Shown here: in pieces, positions 25,185 through 39,039 of the stretch | How the letters are laid out: each line of letters begins with the position of its first letter | Position numbering within the stretch: the stretch's first letter is position 1 | Assembly: GCF_009834535.1 (NCBI RefSeq) | Contig: NC_045696.1 | Span: 14,262,001-14,326,000 of the forward strand | Origin: Camelus ferus | Lineage: Eukaryota | Direction of reading: 5' to 3' | DNA: 64,000 bases | The notes under the pieces: model-generated | Databases searched by the model: none | The model's input: the letters and a program-made list of their open reading frames with translations, nothing else | Told to the model about the DNA's origin: nothing | Position numbers and translations under genes: made by a program

Positions 25185-27875
25185 TTTTTATTCAAGTAAA
25201 ATTTATTTTTAATATTGTGTTAGCATCAGGTATACAGTGTAGTGATTCAGTAACTTTGAAGATTATACTATGTTATAGTTTATTACAAGTTAATTCTCAG
25301 TGCTGTATGGTGTATTCTTATTGCTTATCTACTTTATATTTAATACTTTATATCTGTTAATTGTATGGCCCTAATTTGTCACTCCTCCCTTTTCTGTCCA
25401 CTTTAGTAACTGTAAGTTTGTTTTCTGTATATATGAGTCTGTTTCTGTTTTCCATATACATTTATTGTATTTTTCTAGACTCAAATATAAATAATATGAT
25501 ACAGTATTTGCCTTTCTCTTCCTGACTTACTTCTCTGACTTAATTCACTAAGCACAATCTCTAGGTTCATTCATTTTGCTGCAAATGGCAATATTTCATT
25601 TTTTATGTCTGAGTTATACTCCATTGTGTGTGTGTGTGTGTGTGTGTGCCCCACATCTTCTTGATTCAATAATCTGTCAATGGGAAACTGAGTTGATTTC
25701 ATATGTTGGATATTGAGAACAATGCTGCTATGAACACTGGGGTGCATGTATATTTTCAAATTAGTGGGGTTTTTTTCCAGATATATATTCAGGAGTGGAA
25801 TTGCTGGATCCTATGGTAGTCCTATTTTTAGTCTTTTTACAAAATCTCCATACTGTTTCCCATAGTGATTTCACCAATTTACATTCCATTCAACAGTGTA
25901 CAAGGGCTCCCTTTCTCTACATCCTTTCCAACATTTGTTATTTGTAGATTTTGGATGATAGACATTCTGACAGGTGATATCTTATTATTGTTTTGATTGA
26001 CATTTCTCTAATAATGGGATATGTTAAGCATCTTTTCTTATGCCTAGTAGCCATCTCTGTGTCTTCTTTGGGAAAATGTTTATTCAGGTCTTCTGCTCAT
26101 TTTTTTCATTGAGTTGTTCTTTTTTTATATTGAGTTATATGTACTGTTGATGTAATTTGGATGTTAACACTGTATCAGTCACATCATGTGCAAATACTTT
26201 CTCCCACTTTGCAGGCTGTCTTTTCATCTCATCAACTGCTTCCTTTGCTGTGAAATAGCTTTTAAGCGTAATCATGCCTCATTTGTTTATTTTTGCTTTT
26301 ATTTCTTTTGCCTGAAGAGACTGATCCAAAAAAAACATTGCCACAATTTATGACACAGAATGTTCTGCCTGTGCTTTTTTCTAAGAGGTTTACATTTCAA
26401 GTATTACACTTAGATCTTTAACTCATTTTGAGTTTATTTTTTTATATGATGTGGGAGAATATTCCAATATCATTGCTTTACATGTGGCTGTCCAGTTTTC
26501 CCGGCACCGCTGGTTAAATAGACTGTCTTTTCTATATTGTACATTCTTTTCTCCTTTGTCCTAGATTAATTGGTCATAGATGCGTGGGTTTATTTCTGGG
26601 CTCTGTATTCCATTCTACTGATACATGTGTCTGGTTTTTGTGCCAATATCATGCTGTGTTGATAACTGTAGATTTGTAGTATAGTCTGAAGTCTGGGAGG
26701 GTCATACCAACAGCTTTGTCCATTTTTCAGAAGAATGATTTGGCAAATGAAGGTCCTTTGTTGCTCTAGTTTTAGGATTATTTTTCTATGAATTTTAAGA
26801 TTATTTAAGGATTTTTTTTTCTAGTTATGTGAATTTTAAGATTATTTGTTCTAGTTCTGTGAAAAATGTTACAAATAGTTTGATAGGGATTGCCTTAAAG
26901 CTGTAGATTTCTTTGGGTAGTATGGCCATTTCAATTATATTAATTCTTCTAATCCAAGGTCATTGGATATCATTCCATTTTGTTATGTTCTGTTCAATTT
27001 CCTTCATCAAAGTTTCATAATTTTCAGATTATAGGTCTTTCACCTCCTTGCTGAAGTTTATTCCTGGGGGGGGGGGGTTGATGCAATCTTAAATGGGACT
27101 TTTTTACATTCTCTTCTTCATGTTTTATTAGTAATGTATAGAAACACAACAGATTTCTGTATATTGATCTTGTATCATGCAACCTACCAAATTAATTTGT
27201 TATTTCTGATGGTTTCTAGGTGGACACTGGAGTTCTCTATATAAAATACCATGTCAACTGCACACAGTGACAGTGTTACTTTTTCTTTTTCTTAATGTGG
27301 TATATCACATTGATTGACTTGCATGTGTTGAACCATCCTTGTGATCTTGGAATAAATTCAGCTTGATCATGGTGTATGATCCTTTTTTGTATTGTTGAAT
27401 TTGGTTTGTTAATACTTTGTTGGATGTTTTTGCATCTATATTCATCAAAAATGGTGGCCTATAATTTTGCTTTTTTTTTTTTTTTTGTCTTTGTTTTTGG
27501 TATCATGGTAATCATGGTCTTATAGAATGAATTTGGGCATGTTCTCGCATCTTCAATTTTTTAGAATAGTTTGAGAAGGATAGGTATAAATTCGATATAT
27601 GTTTGGTAGAATTCACCTGTGAAGCCCTCTAGTCCTGGACTTTTGTTTGCTGGGAGTTTTTGAATAACAGATTCAATTTCACTTCTAGTGATCAGTCTGT
27701 TCAAATTGTCTGTTTCTTCTTGCTTCAGCCTTGGCATTCTGCGTGTTTCTGGAAACTTGTCTTATTTCTACTAGGTTGCCCAATTTGTTGGCATATAACT
27801 ATTCATAATATTCTCTTATTTTTTTTGTATGTCTGTGATATCACTTGTTATTTTTCCTTTTTCATTCTTTTGTCA
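25185..27875 (-). mobile_element. 5'-truncated L1 (unit A copy)
   Basis: Antisense L1 3' UTR and ORF2 (MKIYMHPSVHSSIV-like translation; ggagtggaattgctggatc); lacks a segment present in unit B at ~32130-32450. Confidence 0.9.
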
Positions 27876-28755
27876 ATATTGAGGTGACTTTTACAGTAAT
27901 AATTGCATTGTTCCAATACCTTTCAAAAAAGAAAAAAAACTTTCCAAAAAAAGAACTAGTTTGTAAAGACCAGTATATCATACATGCCTAATGATATTCT
28001 TTCAAAATTTAGTGAACTTCTCTTCCCCCTTTACACTGGCTACTGTCCTTTCTAGTCTTCCTTTGCAACTGGCATCAGCTCATTTGTAAACACTATGAGA
28101 GCAGGAGACTTGTTCTTAATTTTCCTTCTGCGTCTTCAGTGTCTAGGATGAGGATCTTTCAAAACTACTCAAATTATTTACCAGTTAAGTGACTGACATA
28201 CATTTCCTCAACCTCATTGTATGCAAACAAGCATATCTGCAATCCTATTAAGAGCAGATGATAGAACAGAATATTTTTATTCTGATTTATCCATTCCTTA
28301 GTTCTTTATTCTCATACGTATAACACCTATGTCTACTTCTAATTTCTCATTAATTCTGGGAACTACTTCTTATATTCTGTGACTGTTTTAAGCTTGCAGG
28401 TCCCCTCTCCTCTACCTGGCATTTTTGTCATAACCTCCTGAATAGATGTCATTCCACCTTCTCTTTCCCCTCCAGCTCCATCCTAGATACAGTGAGGTTT
28501 GAAAGCACCATTCTGATGTATTGTGAGATTTGTGCTTGAGTATGTGAGTGTCTGAGCAGGTAGGGATGGAGAAGACATTTTTCCTGGTGCAAATATAAGA
28601 AAAATATGCTTATATTATATCAAGGAAGAACTCAAGGTTCAAGCAACATGTTAGCCCAATCTATAAGAGAGCCCACAATACCTCAAAAAAAAAAAAAAAA
28701 AAAAGACTAATTCACCAGCAAGTATACAGAGAATTGTTAGAAACAATGAACCATT

Positions 28756-28761
28756 TTTATT
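28756..28761 (-). terminator. Polyadenylation signal AATAAA (unit B)
   Basis: Conserved context and spacing. Confidence 0.7.
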
Positions 28762-29046
28762 GAGAATAAGTGATTTCCTCAACTGCAAAATGTTGGGATC
28801 ATCAATACAGTCACAATAGAAAGTCAAAAAATGAGGAGGGTAAAGGCTAACTTTTGGAAAATAGTCAGATACTACCACGGGGCCTCAAGCCACAAAGATG
28901 CCAATAGAAAAATGGGCAGTTGGGGATCAAAGCCTCTGTCAGGCATGTAATTTCTTGGACATAGCAACCGTGGGTTATAGATCCTGAGTCAGCATTATCT
29001 TTAGATGTATCATTACAGAAACAAATGGGGCTTGGATAGTGATGTT

Positions 29047-29229
29047 CTAGCAGCAAGAAGAATAACACGTCCTATAGCAAACTGGCCTGTAGCTGCAGTA
29101 GCCAGAACCAGAGCCATATCCACAGCCATATCCGATACCATAACCACAGCCATAATAGGGGCTAAATCCACAGCCATAGCTGTTTCCACAGCCATAGCCA
29201 CAGGAGTTGCCATAGTAGTTGCAACACAT
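29047..29229 (-). CDS. KRTAP21-1: Keratin-associated protein 21-1-like, 60 aa (unit B)
   Basis: Intact [29 protein letters not shown]...[18 protein letters not shown] with TATA and AATAAA. Confidence 0.88.
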   Translation of the reverse strand: MCCNYYGNSCGYGCGNSYGCGFSPYYGCGYGIGYGCGYGSGSGYCSYRPVCYRTCYSSCC

Positions 29230-29309
29230 GTTGTCAAGGGATGTGAATTCAGGTGGGTTGCAAGAGGAAGTTTCTCAAGTGTGTGTGTGTCTTCTATTTC
29301 CCTGGGACC

Positions 29310-29315
29310 TTTATA
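29310..29315 (-). promoter_or_regulatory. TATA box (unit B)
   Basis: AGTATATAAAGGTCCC. Confidence 0.85.
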
Positions 29316-30081
29316 TACTGTCAGTAATTGACAGACATACCATTCATTCCCTGACTTAGACAACAAATATGTAAGCAACCATCATGTGCCAGTCACAGTT
29401 GACATTCAATAATGCTTTGCTTAAATAGCTCATTATTTTGGAGATTCCAGTTTTATTTAGAGAGCATCATTTTAATTGTTTTTGTTGATAAATTGTCTCA
29501 GTAGAAGTATATGCCCCAAAACTGACACCCATTTTCGAGAGCTACTATTATTTAACATGTATCTTTTAGTAAAAGATTTTGGGGAATGTGTAGAAAAACT
29601 TGTCCCCCTTTTGTCTCTCACCTTTCCTAAATCATCTGCCTCTGCCTGTAGGAAGAGAAATATTCCTTTCTCCTTTCTTGAATCATTGAAACTTCTTGCC
29701 AGGCTTCTCCCACCCAGATACCTACTATGCCAGATACCTATGGCATCTTGCATAGAAACCAAAGATGCTGCTAATTCTACAGAGCATGAAACAACCCCCA
29801 AAAAGGGGGAAAAATATCTGGCCCCAAATGTGAGTAGTGCTAAGAATAGAAATCTGGATTTATAGCTATGCCTTCTCAATCTAGAGATGTCTAAATCCAA
29901 ACATACACTATCTTCTCCCTCAAAACACACACTTGACCTTTCCATCACCAACATATAGTCAAAAAAGTGTAGTTGTTTTGTTTGTTGGTTGGTTTGATTT
30001 GGGAGATGTTTTGCTTATCTTACTTGAATAGGTTTTACTTATATCACCATGTTCAGAATCAGGCAGACTCCAAAATATGTT

Positions 30082-33012
30082 TTTCTTTCATTCAAGTAAA
30101 ATTGATTATCAATATTGTGTTAGTTTCAGGTGTACAGCTTAGTGACTCAGTATTTTTGAAGACTATATTATAGGTTATTACAAGACATTACACTATATGG
30201 TGTATTCTTATTGCTTATCTATTTTAGTACTTGATGTCTGTTAATCCCATGGCCCTAATTTGTCTCTCCCCCCATCTCTATCCCCTTTGTTAACCACAAG
30301 TTTGTTTTCTGTGTCTATGAGTCTGTTTCTGTTTTGCATATACATTTATTTTATATTTTCAAATTCCTCATATAAGTGTTATCGTATGCTATTTGTCTTT
30401 GTCTGGCATGTTTCTCTGACTTGATTCACAGAGCATAATATTCTCTGGGTTCAACCATTTTGCTACAAATGGCAACATTTCATTCTTTATGACTGAGTAA
30501 TACTCCATTGTGTGTGTGTGTGTATGTGTGCCACATCTTCCTAATTCAATAATTTGTTGATGGGCACTTGAGTTGCTTTCATGTGTTGGATATTGTAAAC
30601 AGTGCTACTATGAACATTGGGGTGCATGTATATTTTCAAATTGATGTTTTTATTTTTCTAAATATATATGCAGAAGTGGAACTGCTGGATCATATGGTAG
30701 TCTTAGTTTTTTAAGGAAACTCCATACTGTTTCCACAGTGATTGCACCAATTTACATTCCTACCAACAGTGTACTTCTCTCCTCATTCCCTCCAACATTT
30801 GCTATTTGTAGATTTTGGATGATAGCCATTCTGACAGGTGATGTCTCATTATTGTTTTGGTTTGTATTTCTCTACTAATGGGGTATGTTGAGCACTCTTT
30901 TTGTGCCTTATAGCCACCTCTATGTCTCCTTTGGAAAAATATCTATTTAGATATTCTACTCATTTTTTGATTGAGTTGCTCTTTTTTATATATATTAAGT
31001 TGTATGTGCTGTTTATATAATTTAGATTAACACCTTGTCAATCACATCATCTGCAAATATTTTCTCCCATTCTGTATGTTGTCTTTTCATCTTATTAGCT
31101 ACTTCCTTTGCTGTGCAATAGCTTTTAAGTGTAATTATGTACCAGTAGTTTGTTTTTGCTTTTATTTCTTTTGCCTTGGGAGATAGAGTCAAATAAATAT
31201 TGCCACAATTTATGACAAAGAATGTTCTGCCTGTGTTTTCTTCAAAGAGGTTTATTTTTTCACGTTTTACATTTAGGTTTTTAACCTATTTTGAGTTTAT
31301 GCTGTATATGGTATGAGGGAATATTTTAATCTCATTGTTTTACATGTGGCTATCCAGTTTTCCTAGCACCACTGATTGAAGGGACTGTCTTTTGTCCATT
31401 GTATATTCTTTCCTTCTTTGTCATAGATTAATTGGCCATAGCTGTGTGGGTTTTCTGAGCTCTGTATTCTGTTCTACTGATATATGTGTTTTACTTTGTG
31501 CTAATACCATGCTGTGTTGATTTCTGTAGTTTTGCAGTATACTCTGAAGTCTGGGAGGAATAGTCCTTCAGCTTGTCCATTTTTTTGAAGTGTGCTTTGG
31601 CAAATGAGGGTCTTTTGTTGTTCTAGGACTATATTATTAGGATTATTTAGGGATTCTGTGTTCTAGTTCTGTTAATTTTAAGATTATTTCTTCTAGTTCT
31701 GTGAAAAATGTTATGAGTAGTTTGATAGAGATGGCATTAAATCTGTAGATTTCTTTGGGTAGTATGGCCATTTTAAGAATATTAATTCTTCCAATCCAAG
31801 GCCACTGGATATCTTTCCATTTCTTTATATTATTTTTGATCTCATTCATCAAAGTTTTATAATTTTCAGGCTATAGGTTTTTCACCTCCTTGTTTAAGTT
31901 TATTCCTGGATGGGTTTTGTTGATGTGATTTTAAGTGAGATTTTTTGCTTTATATTCTCTTCCTCATGTTTTGTTATTAGTGTGTAGAAACACAATAGAT
32001 TTCAGCGTATTAATCCTGTACCATGTAACCTACTGAATTCATTTGTTAGTTCTAATGGTTTTGGGGTGGACACTGGAGTTTTCTATATAAAGTACCATGT
32101 CATCTGCACATAGTGACAGTGTTACCTTTTCGTTTCCAAATTGGATTTTTTAAAATTTTTTTGTTTGTCTATTGTTGTGGCTAGGACTTCCAATTCTATG
32201 TTAAGTAGACATGGTGAGACTGAGCATCCTTGTCTTGTTGCCAAATTTAGAAGAAAGCTTTCAGCTTTTTACCTTTGAGTACTATGTTGGCTGTGGGTTT
32301 GTCATAAACAGCCTTTTTATGTTGAGCTATTTTCCCTCTATACCCATTTTGATGAGAGTTTTTATCATGAATGGATGCTGAATTTTTTCAAATGTTTTTT
32401 CTGCATCTAATCAGATGATCATGTGGTTTTTGTCCTTCTTTTTGTTGTGTACTATATCACAATGATTGATTTGCATTCATTAGCCATTCTTGTAACCCTG
32501 GAATAAATTCAATGAGATCATGGTGTATGATCCTTTCTTCATTTGTTGAATTTGGTTTGTTAATACTTTGTTGAGGATTTCTGCATCTATACTCATAAAA
32601 GATAATGGCCATTTTTTTTTTAGTGCCTTTGTTTGATTTAGATATCAGGGTAATTGTGGCCTTGTAGAATGAATTTGGGAGTGTTCTCTCATCTGCAGTT
32701 TTTTGGAATAATTTGAAAAGGATGAGTATCAGTTCTTCTTTCTAAGTTTGGTAGAATTCCATTGAAGTTCTCTAGTCCTGAACTTATGTTTGCTAGGAGT
32801 TTTTCGAATTGCAGATTCAATTTCACTTCTAGTGAGAAGTCTGTTCAAATTGCTTGTTTCTTCTTAACTCTATCTTGGCATTCTGTATGTTTCTAGAAAC
32901 TATTCTCTTTTTCAGTTGTAGAATTTGTTGGCATATAACTATTTACAGTATTCTCTTATACTTTTTTGTGTGCCTGTAATGTCACCTGTTATGCATCCTC
33001 TTGCATTTCTTA
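30082..33012 (-). mobile_element. 5'-truncated L1 (unit B copy, most complete)
   Basis: ORF 31643-31852 [32 protein letters not shown] is decayed L1 ORF2; same insertion point as in units A and C. Confidence 0.92.
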
Positions 33013-34772
33013 TCAAAATGAAGTGACTTTTTCACAGTAACAACCATAAAATCCAAGTTGGAAAAGAGTACAAACTGGGAAGATGATTCCTTCTACAGGA
33101 CACTCACATTGTGACAACAATAATAAGTTATGATCCAGTAATTTATGGCGTGCCTTCAACAGGAATTTTCACGAAGCTGCCAATTTCATTTTCTGAGAAC
33201 ATTAATTATTAGGCAATTTTCTTTTGGGTGATGAATCTTTTTATTTTTCCGATATTGGTCATTGGTATAATATGATCACTCTACCATGTATAATCTCTAA
33301 AAATAGGATAAAGAAAATATATGTCCATCTCAATTTTTATTATTCTTCAGTTTCTATTATTTTCCATCCTCTTTGAAAGTCAAAATTATCAATTTTAATG
33401 CACAAATTCTCTGAAATTAGCCACTTTACTTTCAGTAGTGCCAACACATCCTTTCTTGCCAAAATACCCCTGAATTATTGAAAAGTTTCTTATCTTTAGT
33501 GCATTACTTCTAATACCTTTCCATTCAAACCTCTGGATATTGATGCATAGCAACAGAGACAATGTCTATGCTGTGCATCACTGAATAACCAGCACAGAGA
33601 ACAGTGCCTGGTGCATAATTTGTACTCAGTCAACATTTCATCAGTTAAAAAACAGGTGAATTAATTCAAACACTTGTGTGTCCCTCATAGGCTGTAAGAT
33701 ATTTGGATGTATTACCACCATTATCTCATTTTTCTAAAGCTGAATGTATCAACTGCTCTTTTACTAAGAAAGTCACAACATTTCAGATTGTCAAGGTATG
33801 TGAAGAGCTCATTTGTGAAGATCCTTTTCTGGATATATAAATTATATCATACATGCCTAATAAATGAAATTATATTCTTCCAAAACTGAGTGAACTTCTC
33901 TTCCCCCTTTACACTTGCTTCTGTCCTTCCTAGTCTTTCTTTGCAACTGACATCAGCTCATTTGTCACAACTTCAAAATACCTCCCTGAACTATTCCTCT
34001 AACACTTTAATCTTCAGCTCTTTCCCATTAAGCTGTTGTAATCCCTCCACAGCAAATGTCTGACAGAATGTATCTCCATTATTTTTACTATTTTTTATCT
34101 TCATCTACTAGAATTTAAACACTGTGAGAGCAGGAAACTTCCTCATGATTTTGCTTTTGTGTCTTCAATGTCTAGGATAAGAACCTCTCAAAAATATTTG
34201 TCAATTAAGTGACTGAAATCAATTTCCTTACCTCAGTTTATGCAAAAAAAAAATCCGTAATTTTATCTAAAGCAGATAATATGATAGAATATTTTTATCC
34301 TAACTCATTTTTTCCTTAGTTCTTTATTCTCAAGTGTTTAACACCTATGTCTACTTGTAATTTCTCATTAATTCTGGAAACTACCTCTTATATTCCATGA
34401 CTCCTTTAAGCTTGCTGGCCCCCTCTTCTCTACCAGGGACTTTATTGTGACTCCCTGAATATGTCATCCCACCATTTTGTTCCCCTCCAGCTCCATCCCA
34501 AATACAATGAGGTTTGCAAAGCACCATTCTGATATATAGTGAGATTTGTGCTTGAGTATGTGAGTGTCTGAGCATGTGGGGTATGAGAAATGCATGACGA
34601 AGACATTTTTTCTGATACAAATGTAAGAAAAATATGCTTATATTATGTCAAGGAAAAAATTCAAGGTTCAGGCAACATGTCAACCCAATATTCAAGAGAG
34701 TCCATAATACCTCAAAAAAAATACTAATTCTCAAGCAATTACACAGAGAATTATTAGAAACAATGAACCATT

Positions 34773-34778
34773 TTTATT
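34773..34778 (-). terminator. Polyadenylation signal AATAAA (unit C)
   Basis: Conserved context and spacing. Confidence 0.7.
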
Positions 34779-35061
34779 GAGAATAGGTGATTTCCCAAAC
34801 TATAAAATGTTAGGATCATCAATACAGTCATAACAGAGTCAGAGAATGAGGGAGTAGAGGATAATTTTTAGAACATTATCAGATGTTATCATGCAGCCTC
34901 AAGCCACAAAGATGCCAATCGAAAAATGAGAAATTGGAGGTCAAAGCTTCTGTCAGGCATGTAATTTCCTAGGCATAGCAATTGTGGGTTATAGATCCTT
35001 GAATCATCATTGCCTTCAGATGCGTAATTACAGAATCAAATGGTGCTTGGATTGTGATGTT

Positions 35062-35304
35062 CTAGCAGCAAGAAGAATAACACGTCCTATAGCAAACTGG
35101 CCTGTAGCTGCAGTAGCCAAAGCCAGAGCCGTACCCACAGCCATATCCAGTTCCATATCCACAGCCATAGCGGGAGCCATATCCACAGCCGTATCCACAG
35201 CCATATCCGGTACCATAACCGCAGCCATAATAGGGGCTAAATCCACAGCCATAGCTGTTTCCACAGCCATAGCCACAGGAGTTGCCATAGTAGTTGCAAC
35301 ACAT
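35062..35304 (-). CDS. KRTAP21-1: Keratin-associated protein 21-1-like, 80 aa (unit C)
   Basis: Intact ORF with one [20 protein letters not shown] module; TATA and AATAAA present. Confidence 0.92.
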   Translation of the reverse strand: MCCNYYGNSCGYGCGNSYGCGFSPYYGCGYGTGYGCGYGCGYGSRYGCGYGTGYGCGYGSGFGYCSYRPVCYRTCYSSCC

Positions 35305-35384
35305 GTTGTCAAGGGATGTGAATTCAGGTGGGTTGCAAGAGGAAGTTTCTCAAGTGTGTGTGTGTCTTCTATTTCCCTGGGACC

Positions 35385-35390
35385 TTTATA
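35385..35390 (-). promoter_or_regulatory. TATA box (unit C)
   Basis: AGTATATAAAGGTCCC. Confidence 0.85.
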
Positions 35391-36154
35391 TACTGTCAGT
35401 AATTGACAGACATACCATTCATTCCCTGACTTAGACAACAAATATGTAAGCAACCATCATGTGCCAGTCACAGTTGACATTCAATAATGCTTTGCTTAAA
35501 TAGCTCATTATTTTGGAGATTCCAGTTTTATTTAGAGAGCATCATTTTAATTGTTTTTGTTGCTAAATTGTCTCAGTAGAATCATGTACCCCAAAACTGA
35601 CACCCATTTTCAAAACATTCTATTATTTAACATATATCTTATAGTAAAAGCTTTTGGGGAATGTGTAGAAAAATCTGGCCCTTTTTGTCTCTCACCTTTC
35701 CTAAATCATCTGCCTCTGCCTGTAGGAAGAGAAATATTCCTTTCTCCTTTCTTGAATCATTGAAACTTCTTGCCAGGCTTCTCTCACCCAGATACCTACT
35801 ATGCCAGATACCTATGGCATCTTGTATAGAAACCAAAGATGCCGCTAATTCTACAGAGCATGAAACAATCCCCAATAAGGGAAAAAAAATCTGGCCCCAA
35901 ATGTGAGTAGTGCTAAGAATAGAAATCTGGATTTATAGCTATGCCTTCTCAATCTAGAGATGTCTAAATCCAAACATACACTATCTTCTCCCTCAAAACA
36001 CACACTTGACCTTTCCATCACCAACATATAGTCAAAAAAGTGTAGTTGTTTTGTTTGTTAGTTGGTTTGATTTGGGAGATGTTTTGCTTATCTTACTTGT
36101 ATAGGTTTTACTTATATCACCATGTTCAGAATCAGGCAGACTCCAAAATATGTT

Positions 36155-38137
36155 TTTCTTTCATTCAAGTAAAATTGATTATCAATATTGTGTTAGTTTC
36201 AGGTGTACAGCTTAGTGATTCAGTATTTTTGAAGACTATATTATAGGTTATTACAAGACATCACACTATATGGTGTATTCTTATTGCTTATCTATTTTAG
36301 AACTTGATGTCTGTTAATCCCATGGCCCTAATTTGTCTCTCCCCCCATCTCTATCCCCTTTGGTAACCACAAGTTTGTTTTCTGTGTCTATGAGTCTGTT
36401 TCTGTTTTGCATATACCTTTATTTTATATTTTCAAATTCCTCATATAAGTGATATCATATGCTGTTTGTCTTTGGGTTATTTCTCTGTCTGACTTGATTC
36501 ACAGAGCATAATATTCTCTGGGTTCAACCATTTTGCTACAATTGGCAATATTTCATTTTTATGGCTGAGTAATATTCCATTGTGTGTGTTTGTGCCAATA
36601 TTATGATGTGTTGATTACTGTTGCTTTGTAGTATAGTCTGAAGTCTAGGAGGGTTATTCCTCTTGGTTTTTCCATTTTTTCTGAAGAGTGATTTATCAAA
36701 TGAGGGTCCTTTTTTGTCCTAGGATTATTTTTCTATGAATATTAGGATTATTTTAGGATTCTTTGTTCTAGTTCTGTGAATTTTAAGATTATTTGTTCTA
36801 GTGCTGTGAAAAATGTTATGAGTAATTTGATAGGGATTACACTAAATCTGTAGATTTCTTTGGGTAGCATGGCCATTTCAATTATATTAATTCTTCCAAT
36901 CCAAGGCTGCTGGATATCTTTCCATTTCTTTATATTATTTTCACTTTCCTTCATAAAATTTTATAATTTTCAGATTATAGGTCTTTCACCTCCTTGTCTA
37001 AATTTATTCCTGGGTGTATTTTTTATGTGATTTAAATGGTATTTTTTATTTTCACCAACATTTCTTCATGTGTCATTATTAGTGTATAGAAACACAATAG
37101 ATTTCTGCATGTTAATTTTGTGTCACGCAGCCTACTGAGTTCATTTGTTAGTTCTAATGGTTTTTGGGTGGACACTGGAGTTCTCTACATAAAGTACCAT
37201 GTCTTCTGCACATAGTGACAGTGTTACCTTTTCCTGTCCATTTTGGAGTTGTTTTTTTTTTTTTAATATATTTTGATTGTCTGACTTCTGTGGCTAGGAC
37301 TTCCAGTTCTATATTAAATAGACATGGTGAGACAGAGCATCTTTATCTTATCCCCGAATTTAGCAGGAAAGCTTTCGACTTTATCATTGAATATTATATT
37401 GGCTGTGGGTTTGTCATAAACAGCCTTTTTATGTTGAGCGATTTTCCCTCTTATCCACTTTGATGAGAGTTTATATGATGAATGGATGTTGAATTTTTTC
37501 AAATGTTTTTTCTGCATCTTTTCAGGTGATCATGTGATTTTTGTCCTTTTTGTTAATGTGGTGTATACATTGATAGATCTGCATACATTAAACCATCTTT
37601 GTGATCCTGGAATAAATTCAACTTGTTCACATTGTATGATCATTTTTTGTTTTGTTGAATTTGGTTTGTTAATGCTTTGTTGAGGATTTTTGTATCTATA
37701 CTCATAAAAGATAATGGCCTATTCTTTTCTTCCTTTTTTTTTTTTTTTTTTTAGTGTCTTTGTCTGGTTGAGGTATAATTGTGGCCTTATAGAATGAATT
37801 TAGGAGTGCTCTCTCATCTTCAACTTTTTGGAATGGTTTGAGAAGGGTAAGTTCTTATTAATACATTGGGTAGAATCCCCATGAAGCCTTCTAGTCCTGG
37901 ACTTTCGTTTGCTGGGAGTTTTTCAAATAACAGATTCAATTTCACTTCTGGTGATCAGTCTGCTCAAATTGTCTGTTTTTTCCTGACAGAGTCTTGGAAT
38001 TTTGTATGTTTCTAGAAACTTGTCTATTTCTTATAGGTTGTCTAATTTGTTGGCATATAACTATTCACAGTACTCTCTTATGGTTTTTTGCATGTCTGTC
38101 ATATCACTTGTTCTTTCTCCTCTTTTTTATTTCTTAT
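36155..38137 (-). mobile_element. 5'-truncated L1 (unit C copy, ~1 kb internal deletion near 36590)
   Basis: ORF2 remnants [15 protein letters not shown] and KAVYDKPTANIIFN; jumps from tgtgtgtgtt to gtgccaata, skipping ~30520-31495 of unit B. Confidence 0.9.
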
Positions 38138-38620
38138 TAAAATGAAGTGACTTTTTACAGTAACAATTCTGAAATCCAAGTTGAAAAGGAGTATAAACTG
38201 GGAAGATAATTCATTCTACTGGACACTCATATTGTGACAACAGTAATAAGTTATGATCCAGTAATTTATGGAGTGCCTTCAACAGGAATTTTCACAAAGC
38301 AGCCAATTTCATTTTCTGAGAACATTAATTATTAGGCAATTTTCTTTTAGGTGATAAATCTTTTTACTTTTCTGACATTGTTCTCTGGTATAATCTGATC
38401 ACTCTGCTATATTTAATCTTTAAAAATAGGCATAAAGGAAATATACGTCCATCACAAATTTTATTATTCTTCAGTTTCTTTCCTTTTCTGTCCTCTTTGA
38501 AAGTCAAAATTATCAACTTTACTGCACAAATTCTCTGGAATTAGCCATTTTACTTTCAGTTCCGCTGCCAACACACACTTTCTGGCTACAATAACCCTGA
38601 GTTATTGAAAGTCTTCTGTT

Positions 38621-39039
38621 TTTACTGCATTACTTTTTTTTTTTTTAATTGAAGTATATTCAGTTAGAATGTGTCAAATCTGCTGCACAGCACAATGGCC
38701 CATCATGCATCTACATACGTATATTCTTTTTCATATTCTTTTTCCATAAAGGTTATTACAATATATTCAATATAATTCCCTATTCTATACAGAAGAAACT
38801 TGGAATTTTATCTACTTTTATATATAGTGGCTAACATTTGCAAATTTCAAACTCCCAAATTTATCCCTTCATACCTGCTCCCAGCCCCCGCCAGTAACTA
38901 AAAGATTGTTTACGATGTCTGAGAGTCTGTTTCTGTTTTTCAGATGAGTTCATTAGAGTTCTGCTTTTTTTTCTTTTTTTAGATTTAGCATATGAATGAA
39001 ATCATATGGAAAATTCTTCTATCTTTACTGCATTACTTT
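38621..39039 (-). mobile_element. Short, younger L1 3'-end insertion with target-site duplication
   Basis: Poly-T at 38634-38646, then aattgaagtatattcagtt...; TSD tttactgcattacttt at 38621-38636 and 39024-39039; empty site at ~33495-33515. Confidence 0.85.

Noticed and set aside
29472..29954. 160-aa and 129-aa ORFs upstream of gene B (counterparts at 24558 and 35551-35906)
   Set aside because: They span promoter and MER20 sequence, and the frames are broken differently in each paralogous unit.
31643..31852. L1 ORF2-like peptides (also 36748, 37314, 12699, 25571)
   Set aside because: Fragments of truncated, frameshifted L1s; no intact reverse transcriptase.
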